DNA of 52,138 nucleotides from a virus (Duplodnaviria; Caudoviricetes). Both the position numbers and the translations under genes were made by a program. Positions 35,394 to 45,506 of this stretch are shown here, in pieces (position 1 is the stretch's first letter; every line of letters starts with the position of its first letter). The notes under the pieces were generated by a model, which was given only the letters and a program-made list of their open reading frames with translations, made no database searches and was not told the DNA's origin. The DNA lies in the IMG/VR virus record IMGVR_UViG_3300028840_005437, positions 1 through 52,138 of that record, one strand, 5' to 3'.

Positions 35394-36056
35394 TCAGATT
35401 CCGATTTCCAGAATGCGGTTCTGATTATAGATCCCCCTGGCTCCCGGAGGCAGAAACCTGCCGTCGACGCAGTCTCCGCGATTGGCGAAGGCGTTGGCCA
35501 CATGCATCTTGATGGCCGTCTTCACGTCTTCCGGCACGGCGTCCGCGTCCGCCCCGTAGCCGGCCGTGAAGTCGATCCTCACGGCCTGCTCCCGGTTGTC
35601 GAGATCATTAGGCCAGGATTGACCGTCCGCAAGCAGTATCCTGGAATACTCGTTCTCCGAAGTCGCGTAGTAAATCGAAGAATCCACCAGGGTCCAGACG
35701 TCCGACTTCAGATATTCTATAGAATCAACGCTTTGAAGAGGAGATCGTCTTAATTCGATTCCGGGACGATAGCTTCGCCGCGAAGCGGGAATCAAAACCG
35801 AGTAATCGCCGCAAAGCCCGTCATAGTCGTCGAACCGATCGCGAAAGGTCCGGAAACCCTTGTCGATCAGCTCGCGCCTCATGTGATTCTCGGCCGTTTT
35901 CGTCGCGCCTTTAATCAAAGCCGTTATCTCGGCGTCCAAAGATTCCCCCCATGCGCCGGACGGTTTCAGCCAAAGCTTGACCTCGTCCAGAGGGACCGCG
36001 AGTTCGGCCGCCGGAACTTCGACGAAATAACTCCAATTCTTTTTGTGACTAGCCAT
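35394..36056 (-). CDS. Head-tail connector protein (gp6-like)
   Basis: VPLDEVKLWLK..ALIKGATKTAE..FTAGYG..VPEDVKTAIKMHVA..NR. Confidence 0.9.
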   Translation of the reverse strand: MASHKKNWSYFVEVPAAELAVPLDEVKLWLKPSGAWGESLDAEITALIKGATKTAENHMRRELIDKGFRTFRDRFDDYDGLCGDYSVLIPASRRSYRPGIELRRSPLQSVDSIEYLKSDVWTLVDSSIYYATSENEYSRILLADGQSWPNDLDNREQAVRIDFTAGYGADADAVPEDVKTAIKMHVANAFANRGDCVDGRFLPPGARGIYNQNRILEIGI

Positions 36057-36064
36057 CGATTATC

Positions 36065-36523
36065 TTAAGTTCCGTAATCTCCCGTCACCAATTGCCGGCT
36101 GACCGTCAGCAATCCGCTGAAGGGCAACTGAGCCGCGACGTAAAAGCCCGTCTTGGCGCTGTCGGTTATTTCCAGAGTGTATGTCCCGTCCGCTTTGGTC
36201 TGGACGCGCAGGGCTTTCTTGGCGGTGTAAATGCCGATGTCGGCTCCTTCGCCGGACTTGGCCTGAACCGTTCCGCTGGCCGAAGTCGCCGTCAGTCCCG
36301 CGCCCGCCGAATCGTCGGAAAGCGACAGGTCGAAATTCATGGCCTTCGCGATCGTCGCTCCGTGTCCGTCCCGGACGGTAAGCGTCACTTCGCAGACGTT
36401 AGCTCCTCCGGCGGCTATGGAATAGCCGATTATCTGAGGCGTCAATTCGCCTTCCAGATAGGGAGCGTTATCGTCGTTGTCAGGCGTTCGCGGCTGCTCG
36501 AAGCCGTTTTTAACAGTGCTCAT
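36065..36523 (-). CDS. Virion structural protein (Ig-like)
   Basis: Thr/Gly/Ala-rich beta protein in head cluster. Confidence 0.55.
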   Translation of the reverse strand: MSTVKNGFEQPRTPDNDDNAPYLEGELTPQIIGYSIAAGGANVCEVTLTVRDGHGATIAKAMNFDLSLSDDSAGAGLTATSASGTVQAKSGEGADIGIYTAKKALRVQTKADGTYTLEITDSAKTGFYVAAQLPFSGLLTVSRQLVTGDYGT

Positions 36524-36885
36524 TATTCTCCTTCGTCAAAATTGAATTCGCCGTTCTCCTCTTCACGTTTCAGTATGACTCCGATGATCGCCGGAATGGT
36601 CCGATGCTTGGATTTCACCGGAATCCCGTTCGCCTTGCAGAACTCTTTAAGCTCGGCCAGGGAGAATCTCTTCTCGTAAAGCCGAAAGCGTTCCTCTCGT
36701 TTCGCTTCGGAATCAGGCTCCGGCTTTCTCCCCTGGTTCTCCGTAGGTTCCCTGACCGCGAACCCGGATTCAATCATACGTTCCGCTTCGGAACGCTCGA
36801 CGTCGCAGAGAATGCCTTCGTCATATACCGTGATTCTTCCGTCCGAAAACGGCCAATGACCTTTATTTAAAATTTTAACCAGCAT
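36523..36885 (-). CDS. Head-associated hypothetical protein
   Basis: AERMIESGFA motif; C-terminal LAELKEFCKANGI (SAP/Rho-N-like). Confidence 0.6.
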   Translation of the reverse strand: MLVKILNKGHWPFSDGRITVYDEGILCDVERSEAERMIESGFAVREPTENQGRKPEPDSEAKREERFRLYEKRFSLAELKEFCKANGIPVKSKHRTIPAIIGVILKREEENGEFNFDEGE

Positions 36886-36906
36886 TTTTTATATATCGGT
36901 TAAGGA

Positions 36907-37308
36907 TTAAGCCATGTTTTTGCGGTTCAGCGGGCTTTTCCACGCGGTCGCGCCAATCAGACCATTGGGAGTGGCCGCTCCGGTTAAAGTCAGCCTGACG
37001 TAACGCTTATGGCTGACTACGCCAATGCTCTTCGCCAACCCGTCATCAGTCGCCGCGAACGTCGCGCCGGCGATAGTCCCGATCAAAAGAGCCGAATCCA
37101 CGTCGGCCGCGTCCGACAAGGCCGCGTCGTCTCCGTCTTCTATTTTCGGCGTCCATGTGCCGGTGGTCAATACACCCGCCTGTATAATGAATTCCAATCC
37201 TTCCGCGCCCAAAGTGTCGATAATATCTCCTACTTTGGTAGCCGTGTAAACCGCCGGCGCTATAGCCGGAACAAGTTCCTTGTCAGTGTGAATATCAACG
37301 CTAGACAT
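36907..37308 (-). CDS. Head decoration-like protein
   Basis: GDIIDTLG..IEDGDD..KRYVRL; immediately after capsid gene. Confidence 0.65.
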   Translation of the reverse strand: MSSVDIHTDKELVPAIAPAVYTATKVGDIIDTLGAEGLEFIIQAGVLTTGTWTPKIEDGDDAALSDAADVDSALLIGTIAGATFAATDDGLAKSIGVVSHKRYVRLTLTGAATPNGLIGATAWKSPLNRKNMA

Positions 37309-37336
37309 TTCTCCGTACCTTTTTAGATGTTCGCAA

Positions 37337-37361
37337 TGCGGGCATGAAGCCCGCTTTTATT
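37337..37361. terminator. Hairpin after the capsid gene
   Basis: GCGGGC-ATGAA-GCCCGC followed by TTTTATTT on the plus strand. Confidence 0.4.
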
Positions 37362-37365
37362 TCAA

Positions 37366-38598
37366 TTAAACGGCGCACTTCATTTTCACGAAAGCTTCAG
37401 GCAATACGATGTCGCACCCTGTCCTTTTCCTCGATTTGAAAACGACTTTGTCGTCATCGGACCCGGTGAAGACGTCTCTCAGCAATGTGATTCCGATGCG
37501 ATCCACGATATAGAACTTCCTGAAATCGCCGTATATGATAGGATAGGCGTCAGCCGCTATATCCGGCATATCAGGCACTATTATGTACTGATAACCGTTG
37601 ATCTCGTTGGGAACGCCGGGATCCAGGCCGTTCGTTCCGGACGGAGTCCAGATATAAGCTCCGGCTCCGTCCTTGAATTTTCTGATTCTGGCGAGAGTCT
37701 TTCTGTTAAAGGCGAAAATCGGCCTGTAACCGCTTTTCAGTTCGCCCGTCAGATCAATCAGAGCGTCCGCCTTGATGTCGTCCGCCACGGTGCTGTTGAC
37801 TGACGCTACCAAAGGATTATTCATAAAGCCCTTCATCTCGTTCACGCCGTCTCCCGACACCATCTGCTGACCCTCTTTGCGGTCGAACTCCTCCTGAATG
37901 TCGCGCCTGATCTCGCTTTCGAGATTATACTGGGCATCCTCCAGAGCTTCCGCCGTGACGGGCACTTTAGCGGTTATCTTCTTGACGAAAATTTCAATTC
38001 CGCCATACTGGGAAATGCTCGCGACAAGAGCCTGAGCTTCGGCGGTCATAGCCGAACCGAGCAATTCGGTCCTTACCGGCTGAAACCAGCTCTTGGCCCC
38101 GATGGTGATAACTCTTGAAAACGGACGCAAAGCCGAAATCTCGGTCATATTGCGCTCGATCTCGCTCGACCATTCCACAGGCGCCAGAAAACCGCCGTCA
38201 GGGTTGTTATCAGTGCGCATATATTGTTTATGGTTGGCAAGAAGAATTTTTCGATTTTCGGCTTTCATGTTTTGGCCGTTCTTCATGTAATCCAAAAACG
38301 CCTTTTCTTCGGCAGTTCTTTCAGGATCCCCGCCCGCTGCGCCGGGCATCCGAAACAGCTTTTTCTCAAGCTCCTTCATCTGCTCCTTAAGCTCTTCGCG
38401 CTCGGCCTTTTCCTTATGGCTGTCCGCCGTTATTTTCTGATTGACCTCTTCAAGCTTGTCGAACTGCTTTTCCAGCTTTTCTATTTTCTCTTTGCCTTCG
38501 GCGGTTTCCGCCGCCTGGCTGTCGTGAACTTCCTTGTACTCTTCCCAAGTTTTCTGAAGTTTCTTAATGTAATCCGGTATTTCAGGATTTCCAGACAT
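37366..38598 (-). CDS. Major capsid protein, HK97 family
   Basis: Coiled-coil delta domain, DGGFLAP, SGDG, IRKFKDGAGAYIW, IIYGDF. Confidence 0.95.
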   Translation of the reverse strand: MSGNPEIPDYIKKLQKTWEEYKEVHDSQAAETAEGKEKIEKLEKQFDKLEEVNQKITADSHKEKAEREELKEQMKELEKKLFRMPGAAGGDPERTAEEKAFLDYMKNGQNMKAENRKILLANHKQYMRTDNNPDGGFLAPVEWSSEIERNMTEISALRPFSRVITIGAKSWFQPVRTELLGSAMTAEAQALVASISQYGGIEIFVKKITAKVPVTAEALEDAQYNLESEIRRDIQEEFDRKEGQQMVSGDGVNEMKGFMNNPLVASVNSTVADDIKADALIDLTGELKSGYRPIFAFNRKTLARIRKFKDGAGAYIWTPSGTNGLDPGVPNEINGYQYIIVPDMPDIAADAYPIIYGDFRKFYIVDRIGITLLRDVFTGSDDDKVVFKSRKRTGCDIVLPEAFVKMKCAV

Positions 38599-39643
38599 AA
38601 TCGTTAAACTCCGATAATGTTTTTATCTCGTTCGTTATTTCAGCGAAAGCTGCGGCTATGGCGCTCTCCTCGGACTTCCTCCGACTCGGCAGCGAAGACG
38701 ACAGCTTAATCAGGGCCTTTCTCGAAAACAGGCCGGTTTCCTTGAGAAATTCGTTCAAATCCTCTCTCGTTTCGATGTCTTCCACATCCGACAAGATGAA
38801 GGACTTTTCCGCATCCTCAAGCTGCGAAAGGTAGCGCTCCGCATGGCGCAGAATTTTGGGCTTGTCCGCCTCCGGCACGTCGAGTCCTCCCCTCGCCCCG
38901 CCCACGGCCGCCTTGATCGCTATCAAAGCCCTGGGGACGGCCTTGAACTTGCCGTCGATCCAGTCCGCGTAGGGAAGTTTGTAGGCGGTGAAGTCGCTCG
39001 CGTTCGCGGAATCGAACCACATGAAATATTTTCTGTACGAGCGCGAAGGCTTTTCGGAGGAGCCGGTATGCTCTCTTATCCTCGGTATCGCCGCCTTTTT
39101 GCTCCATTTGGTCTTTCTGTCGGCCAGGGGAAGATTCTTGAATCCGGTGACGGTTTTAGAGGTTAAGTCATCAAATATTTTGAAATGTTCAATGGCCGCA
39201 TTCGGATTCATGGGAATCGGGACGGGCGATATTTCATAAAGCTTGCCCTTTTCAATAATTCTAATGCGACGTTCGTGTATTTCCTTGAAACTAAAAACAC
39301 AAATTTCAAATCCGATCGACATGGTACGGACGGACCCAATCTCAATTTGCGGAATAACTCGACCTGAAACCAGCGTGTCTTTTCTGGGAAGCTTCGCCGC
39401 GAATTCAATGCCTCGCGCCGTGTGAAGCGCCTTCGTGATTCCAATTGGCTCTTTCATCTGGTGTATCCACAAGACAACCGGGTCAAGCTCTTTTAGACTT
39501 TCAGAAAATGCCCCCGGCGCTATGATGTCATCTCCTCGATCAATATCAGAAGTGCTCGCCAATCCGCTGAAACGGAAAAACTCTTCGTCACCTTGTATTT
39601 CTTCAACTTTGAAGCTTAACGTCTTATATTCCAGGCCTTCCAT
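38582..39643 (-). CDS. HK97-family prohead protease with C-terminal extra domain
   Basis: FSGLAS..DRGDDIIAPGAF..LWIH..PIG..MSIGF..LYEISPVPIPMN. Confidence 0.9.
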   Translation of the reverse strand: MEGLEYKTLSFKVEEIQGDEEFFRFSGLASTSDIDRGDDIIAPGAFSESLKELDPVVLWIHQMKEPIGITKALHTARGIEFAAKLPRKDTLVSGRVIPQIEIGSVRTMSIGFEICVFSFKEIHERRIRIIEKGKLYEISPVPIPMNPNAAIEHFKIFDDLTSKTVTGFKNLPLADRKTKWSKKAAIPRIREHTGSSEKPSRSYRKYFMWFDSANASDFTAYKLPYADWIDGKFKAVPRALIAIKAAVGGARGGLDVPEADKPKILRHAERYLSQLEDAEKSFILSDVEDIETREDLNEFLKETGLFSRKALIKLSSSLPSRRKSEESAIAAAFAEITNEIKTLSEFNDYVWKS

Positions 39644-39666
39644 GCGAATCCTATTGATTTTTATTA

Positions 39667-41001
39667 CTATTTCTGTGGCTCATCGAACTGGTCGTCAGTA
39701 TATCGGTCTCGAGAAATCGGCACCATAGACGCCGGTCTGTACAGCATGTCTCCTCCCTCGTCCAGTTTCTCCATTCCGGCCATCGTCCTCAGCTCGTTTA
39801 TAGTGTATATCCCCGTCTCGCCTTTCTCCTTCACCTCTCTCGTCTTGCGATTGTTAAGCGCCGAAATAGCGGACTCGTCGTAAGTCAGCGTCAGGTTTTC
39901 GGAACGCTTGTACCTGGGCAACAGAAACAGATTCAGCTCCTCGAACAGTCTGTCGGCCAAAGGCAGCACTCCGTTGTCGTAAAGCTGATCGTTAGCCGTT
40001 TCCATATTGGAGAAGGTCTGACGAGACGATGATATGAACGGCAAAGGAATCTTGTACTGAACGTAAATAGTCTCCCTGGTGTCGCGCCTCCCGGATATGA
40101 AGTCCATTTCCTGATTGGTGGTCAGCAAAGTCTCCCATGACGCCTCCCGGTCCGGAATATCGAAAACAACGGGCTTGCCGCTGTTGCTCGCGCCCGCGAA
40201 CTTCGTTTGAAACTGCTCCACCAGTCTCTTATATTGATCCTCGGTCAGAACGTCGCCCCCTTCCTCCTCCGAAGCCTTTCCCGCCGTCAGCGTCAGAATA
40301 CCCGAAGGCCGCGCCCCTCTTTTCAGGAGACTAACGTTATGCGTCGACGACAGGTTGTACCAGTCTATTTCCGGCAATATGGCCGAAACCGGAGTTTGAC
40401 CGACCAGCATGCTCTTATTGGGATTGAATCTCTTTACCTGCCAAAGCTCCGACCAGTCCTCGAAGTAGTATCTGAAAACGCCGCCTATTTCGTCGCGCTT
40501 GTACGCCATGCCGCCCGATTGCGTCTCCAGATTGAAAACCGCGGCGAACCCGTCCTTGTCGTCCGGCTGAATATACGAAATCTGCTGCGGCCACGGGCCG
40601 TAAATCTCAAGAGGCTCACGCCTCACGTCTCCCGACGCCGTCAGGTAGGTGTTTCCCGTAATCAGATAAAAGGCGGCGAGCCGATACAGAAACTCGCTTC
40701 CTGTCGAATCCGCGTTCGGCCGTTTCAGCAAATCAAGAACGGGATGACCCGATACGATTTCCTCCTTGTCGCCCTTTTTCTCCTTCACTATCGGCTTCAA
40801 GGATGAGAATTCGGAACTAAGAATATCCACCGCGCTCGAAAGAGGCGCCGTCTGGTCGAATAGTGAAACGGTCGCATACGCCGCGAGGTCATGATGACCG
40901 TAGGTCGTCAGATATTCGGAAAACGCGCCGAGAGGAACGTATGATTTGCGAACCAGACGCGGCGAAGCCGTTTTACGTTTGAAGGGATTCCAGAATCTCA
41001 T
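39667..41001 (-). CDS. Portal protein, HK97 family
   Basis: HPVLDLLKRPN, LITGNTY, GARPSGIL, TINELR. Confidence 0.95.
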   Translation of the reverse strand: MRFWNPFKRKTASPRLVRKSYVPLGAFSEYLTTYGHHDLAAYATVSLFDQTAPLSSAVDILSSEFSSLKPIVKEKKGDKEEIVSGHPVLDLLKRPNADSTGSEFLYRLAAFYLITGNTYLTASGDVRREPLEIYGPWPQQISYIQPDDKDGFAAVFNLETQSGGMAYKRDEIGGVFRYYFEDWSELWQVKRFNPNKSMLVGQTPVSAILPEIDWYNLSSTHNVSLLKRGARPSGILTLTAGKASEEEGGDVLTEDQYKRLVEQFQTKFAGASNSGKPVVFDIPDREASWETLLTTNQEMDFISGRRDTRETIYVQYKIPLPFISSSRQTFSNMETANDQLYDNGVLPLADRLFEELNLFLLPRYKRSENLTLTYDESAISALNNRKTREVKEKGETGIYTINELRTMAGMEKLDEGGDMLYRPASMVPISRDRYTDDQFDEPQK

Positions 41002-42321
41002 CTACAGCGCTCTCGCTCTACGTCGTTGTTTTTTGCGTCCCGATTCGAGAAAAAGATAAGTTCCCCCCCAGACAAGCGCGTCAACTCTATTCGGAGATTT
41101 TCCAAGTCCCGGAACCCATTCAAGCTGTTCGTTCTCCAGCTTGTCCAGACCTTCCATGTGCTTTATCTGACCGTTTTCGTACAATGTGACGATTGGCTCC
41201 GCTCTTGGATGCTTGCCCTTGCTGGCAGGCACAAGCTTCACCGGGACCGTCGGGTCTTCCGCCCTCAAAGCCATTTTCACCAAAGCTCCTCCCTGGTTCT
41301 TTTCGGCCACTATCTTGTTGGCTCCGTAATACTGATAAGCCCACACCGCCTTTTTAGCCCATTGGGTCGCGGAAAGTTCCCCGCTATAATCGGCGACCAC
41401 AACCGCGTTGCCGTCCGGGCCTCTAAACGGAGTATCCTTGGACATCACCACAATTCCAACTTCGTCGGCCGTGAAATTTTCGCCCGGCTTTATGTCGTCG
41501 GCGACGTTCGGATCCAGAGCGACGACGGTCAAAGGAGCGTTCGTCATCCACGGTTCGCGGTCTTCTTCTGAAAGCTGCACCGCGTTAATCAGATCGTTGC
41601 TCCAAAGAGCGCCTTCGGTGTCGGAGGCGAAAAGGCCATGTTTAAATCTATCTCGCTTGCGCTTTCCCATGCTGTCAAGGACCTTAAAATAGGTCTTCGG
41701 CAAATGACGCTTGTTGTGAACTGGATTTATAAGCAACGATCCGTAATCTCTTTTCGCCGATTCAGACAGCTTTTTGTCGTTGTCGGGATGAATGCCCTTC
41801 ATGAATAGCTTGTATATCCAATGCTTTTTACTGGGCGGGTTGCAGTCGCCCAACAGTCTAAGCGGGAGCCCCGATTTTTCCCCTAAACGAGTTTTTATCG
41901 TGTCCTGGTGATGAAAATTCATTTCGGAGGCTTCGCTTAATAAAATAGTGCTATAGCGATTTCCTAAAATTTTATCCAGCCTTTCTCCTTCGTCCAGGCC
42001 GGCGAACCAGATCATGGATTTATTGTGAAATTCGCAATACCAGTCACCTTTATTGAGTTGGTAATGGACGTCTTTTTTTAAGCCTGGAAAACACTCGGCT
42101 AAAACATCGGGAAGCGTCTCATACCAAATCGACCGCTTAACGGCGTTAAATGTCCTTCTGAAAAAAACATGACGCGAAACCTTATGCAGAGCTCTTGTCA
42201 CCGTGACATACACGTTAGTGAACGTCTTGCCGGAATTACTTCCGCCAAACAGCATAGTGAACAGATGTTCTCCAATTAGATCAATCGCCTCTCGTTGCCT
42301 GGGATTTCTATCAAAAGACAT
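41002..42321 (-). CDS. terL: Terminase large subunit
   Basis: GGSNSGKT, LSEASE, DCNP, VALDP, AEKNQGG, SPNRVDALVW. Confidence 0.95.
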   Translation of the reverse strand: MSFDRNPRQREAIDLIGEHLFTMLFGGSNSGKTFTNVYVTVTRALHKVSRHVFFRRTFNAVKRSIWYETLPDVLAECFPGLKKDVHYQLNKGDWYCEFHNKSMIWFAGLDEGERLDKILGNRYSTILLSEASEMNFHHQDTIKTRLGEKSGLPLRLLGDCNPPSKKHWIYKLFMKGIHPDNDKKLSESAKRDYGSLLINPVHNKRHLPKTYFKVLDSMGKRKRDRFKHGLFASDTEGALWSNDLINAVQLSEEDREPWMTNAPLTVVALDPNVADDIKPGENFTADEVGIVVMSKDTPFRGPDGNAVVVADYSGELSATQWAKKAVWAYQYYGANKIVAEKNQGGALVKMALRAEDPTVPVKLVPASKGKHPRAEPIVTLYENGQIKHMEGLDKLENEQLEWVPGLGKSPNRVDALVWGGTYLFLESGRKKQRRRARAL

Positions 42322-42372
42322 ATTTTAATAATGACTCGATCTCCTGCTTCGCCGCCTTACTGAACGCCATGT

Positions 42373-42735
42373 CTAAACCTCAAAAGGAGCTTCCCATTCG
42401 ACGCTGTACGGCTCGACGGCGTAATCCTCGACTCCGTCCATCAAATCCTCCTCCGGCTTTGGAACGTGCCACTTGTCGAGACTATGGGCTTTATCGATAC
42501 GCGTCGGCATCGTCGTTCCATTCAAAGAGGGATCCACGCGGCCGTTTCTCTCGCTGTATATTTTAAGCCCCGCTATCCGGTCATCGGTCAACCCCGACAA
42601 ATCAGAGTAATGAACAATACCCGTTCCGACAAGATTCTCGCCTTCCGCCGCTCTCTTCCTAACCCTGTTTATCCAGATTCTTCTTTGCGCGGCCAGCGCT
42701 TTCTCCTCCGCGTCGAACGTTAGACAATCTCTCAT
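42373..42735 (-). CDS. Hypothetical protein
   Basis: 120-aa ORF coupled to the lectin-like gene. Confidence 0.6.
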   Translation of the reverse strand: MRDCLTFDAEEKALAAQRRIWINRVRKRAAEGENLVGTGIVHYSDLSGLTDDRIAGLKIYSERNGRVDPSLNGTTMPTRIDKAHSLDKWHVPKPEEDLMDGVEDYAVEPYSVEWEAPFEV

Positions 42736-42736
42736 C

Positions 42737-43540
42737 CTACAATGCCCACCTGGGCTTTAAATATGAATTTTTAAGCCGATCCTTCTCGCTGGAGTTCAGC
42801 TCTCTTCCGTAATATAGAACTTCCGCGATATGTCCCTTCATCTGAGTCACCGGATTAGCGCCCGGCGGCACAAGATTGGGCTGGCTTCCAAGCATTGGAG
42901 TCGGACCTCCTCCCGCGTAGATTTGAGAGCCGTAAGCGCCAGACAATCCGGCTGTCGCTCCGTTGTAATCCGTGTCCAAGCGTCCGGGCTTTCTGGTGCA
43001 GATCAACAGCGAATACGTTGAAACCAGAATCGGTCTAACCCGCAGGCTATTCCCCGCCGCGTCTCTCGCGAAAAACACGTCCTGGCTTCCTTTATTCTCC
43101 GATCTGACTAAAACGATAGGATTAGCCGCCTGCTGGACATAGTCCGCCATCAATGTGGGCGCCGCCTGGATTCCGTTCAAATCGGATTGGAAAACGAAAA
43201 ACCATGTCCCAGTGTCGGTCGTTATGAAATCGTTGACGCATGTCAGGTGTCCAAGATTCACATCGTTAACGCTGATCGTCGCCCGGCCGTTCTGCTGATT
43301 CAGTTGGTATTCAGGCTGATTAGTCGGCGTAGACTGCGAAAAATGATTTCCGTTCCCGCTCTTGTCGTACCACGTCGTTACATATTGCGAAAGCCGCAGG
43401 TCGACCGTATTTATATCAGACGCGTCAAGCCACAACTTCAAGCCCGGAATGTCCAGCGGGTTGAACGGACGTCTCTCCGTGTATATCGCGCGGTTCGCCG
43501 CTCTGCCTATCGAGCTCGTCACTGCTCTGGATACGCTCAT
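42737..43540 (-). CDS. LamG/concanavalin A-like lectin-domain virion protein
   Basis: LKLWLDASD..WYDKSGNGNH..Q..QP..GHIAEVLYY..YL..RW; likely start MSVSRAV. Confidence 0.85.
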   Translation of the reverse strand: MSVSRAVTSSIGRAANRAIYTERRPFNPLDIPGLKLWLDASDINTVDLRLSQYVTTWYDKSGNGNHFSQSTPTNQPEYQLNQQNGRATISVNDVNLGHLTCVNDFITTDTGTWFFVFQSDLNGIQAAPTLMADYVQQAANPIVLVRSENKGSQDVFFARDAAGNSLRVRPILVSTYSLLICTRKPGRLDTDYNGATAGLSGAYGSQIYAGGGPTPMLGSQPNLVPPGANPVTQMKGHIAEVLYYGRELNSSEKDRLKNSYLKPRWAL

Positions 43541-43872
43541 TATTCGCCCATGTACACTGAAACAAGCGTGGCCGTTCCGCTCGTTATGACAAGGTCCGCT
43601 CTGATCTGCCATCCGGCCGGCAACGAAACCCTGACCCCGGCGGTGTTGGAGCTGTATTCGGCCAGACCGCTGATGGTGTTGACGTCCTCCAGGGTTTTGA
43701 AGGCGTTCGCCGCTCCGTAATTGGCGCGAGCTTTCAGGACAACTTTGCCGTCGCCGCCGAAGCTTGACGCCTGGATGTCTATCGACACCTCGGAGCCGTT
43801 CATGTTGACCGGAGTTCCTTCGACCCCCGGACTGCCCTGCGAGGCTACGCTTAATAGTTCAGTGTTGCTCAT
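43540..43872 (-). CDS. Small beta-sandwich virion protein
   Basis: 110-aa beta-rich ORF coupled to neighbours. Confidence 0.6.
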   Translation of the reverse strand: MSNTELLSVASQGSPGVEGTPVNMNGSEVSIDIQASSFGGDGKVVLKARANYGAANAFKTLEDVNTISGLAEYSSNTAGVRVSLPAGWQIRADLVITSGTATLVSVYMGE

Positions 43873-43874
43873 AG

Positions 43875-44396
43875 CTATTTATAATTGATTTGATACGTAA
43901 GCTCTTTAGGCGCTCCGAGCCTGTTTCTGATCCTGACTCCGTTATCATGCGCGAAAAAGCACAACTTGTCCGCCTCGTCCGAGTCGGAGACGTTCGCGGA
44001 GCTGATCATCAATACCGGCGTTCCATCCTGGCTCCAGGAAAACTGCGCCCATGCCTCGTTGTTTCCTAGTTGCGCGAAACCGTTTCCGGTCGTAGTCTCC
44101 GGCAGGTCTATATAGGCGTCGTCATCAATGCTTACGGTATCGACATTTCCCTCCGGCGTGACTGATAGCCGCGTCCTGACTCCGGCGGAGTTGTCCGCGA
44201 CTTTGGCGTAGAGATTCAGGTTGCCCTGATAGCGATGCTGCGGGAATTTGAACGCCAGCACGGAGTACTCGTCATCGCCCGCGGGCTCGGCCGCTCCGGT
44301 ATAAATCCAGGCGTTCAGCCCCTCCAGCATCTCGATAGACGAACTGCCCTCGCCTATTTTCTGCCAGTCGTCCGTCAGCGTGTAGATAGTCGTCAT
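43875..44396 (-). CDS. Hypothetical (probably structural) protein
   Basis: 173 aa, beta-rich; ends VRIRNRLG. Confidence 0.6.
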   Translation of the reverse strand: MTTIYTLTDDWQKIGEGSSSIEMLEGLNAWIYTGAAEPAGDDEYSVLAFKFPQHRYQGNLNLYAKVADNSAGVRTRLSVTPEGNVDTVSIDDDAYIDLPETTTGNGFAQLGNNEAWAQFSWSQDGTPVLMISSANVSDSDEADKLCFFAHDNGVRIRNRLGAPKELTYQINYK

Positions 44397-45045
44397 TATT
44401 TGTATTCGATATTCAGAGTTTTACGGAGCTGTTCCGAGTAAGAGCCTGTCGGCTTCGGCCGCTTCTGGTTCGTCGGCTTGGCGGCGGTCTTTGTTTTGTC
44501 GCGCTTCATGTCTTTATTTTTGAAAGGACGTTCCGGCCGGCTTGATCGTCATCGAGAAATTAAAAACAGGTATTCAGTGAAACTTAACACCTGAAACGAC
44601 CGGAACGTCCAAGACCTTTTCTATTATCAAATAGATTTTATTATATTCGACTGACGCGCTCTTACGGCGTTAAAGCGACATCAACAATAGTACAACCTTT
44701 AAAAGAAAACTTCCCCGCAAGAGCGCTTAGAGCTGTTTTTCGCATCTTTTCTTCAATTGTCTGCATAACGTGACACTATTATCAAGAAGTTATGCGCCGC
44801 GTGTTACTTTTTTAAGATTCGTGTTACGCCGGAAGCCGAAAAAACGACCGACTAGGGAGGACGCGAGCCGGCCGCTTGTTATTCTTCTTTCGCTTTATGA
44901 GCCTTGACGCACAATTTGCAGGTAACCGGCGTTCTGTCGCTGTGATAATGAATTTTCCTTTTCACCAGACCGCAGACGGATACATGAGTATACCAGCGTC
45001 CGCTGTAGTTAGTGTGTTTTCTGATCATGAGATGATTTTTGCTCA

Positions 45046-45330
45046 TTACATAACCCTGTTGCGGCTTAACTGTCGCCTCGTTTCCTCAGCCTCGCGGTTT
45101 CTCTCTATGATCCGCAGGCAATCCGGGCATGTCGGCCGCTCATGGCGCGGCGCAGGGTAATCGGTCATCCAGGGACCGCACAAGGCGAAATATCCCCGCG
45201 CGTCCGCTCTCGGACTTCCGGCTCTGCGAGGGTCAGTGCGGTGAGTGATCCGGGTAGAAGTCGTCGGCGGCGGCTCCGGTTTCAGCTTTTCCTTGAATTC
45301 GTCCAGTTTTTCCTTGAATATGCTCGTCAT
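45046..45330 (-). CDS. Small zinc-binding hypothetical protein
   Basis: H..ALCG..TCPDC. Confidence 0.5.
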   Translation of the reverse strand: MTSIFKEKLDEFKEKLKPEPPPTTSTRITHRTDPRRAGSPRADARGYFALCGPWMTDYPAPRHERPTCPDCLRIIERNREAEETRRQLSRNRVM

Positions 45331-45506
45331 GACGTAATGAGTTCAGGTTGCGGAAGCCGCCGTCCCGACCAGCGACAGCAAGACGGGCGGCTTCCTGGAC
45401 AGGTGCCGTTAAACCCTGTCGTTAAATTCAAACGTTTTTGTACGCGGCCCAAATCAGCGCGATTACTCCGAGTCCTAGTAGTCCGGCGAAAATGTCCAGG
45501 GCAAGG

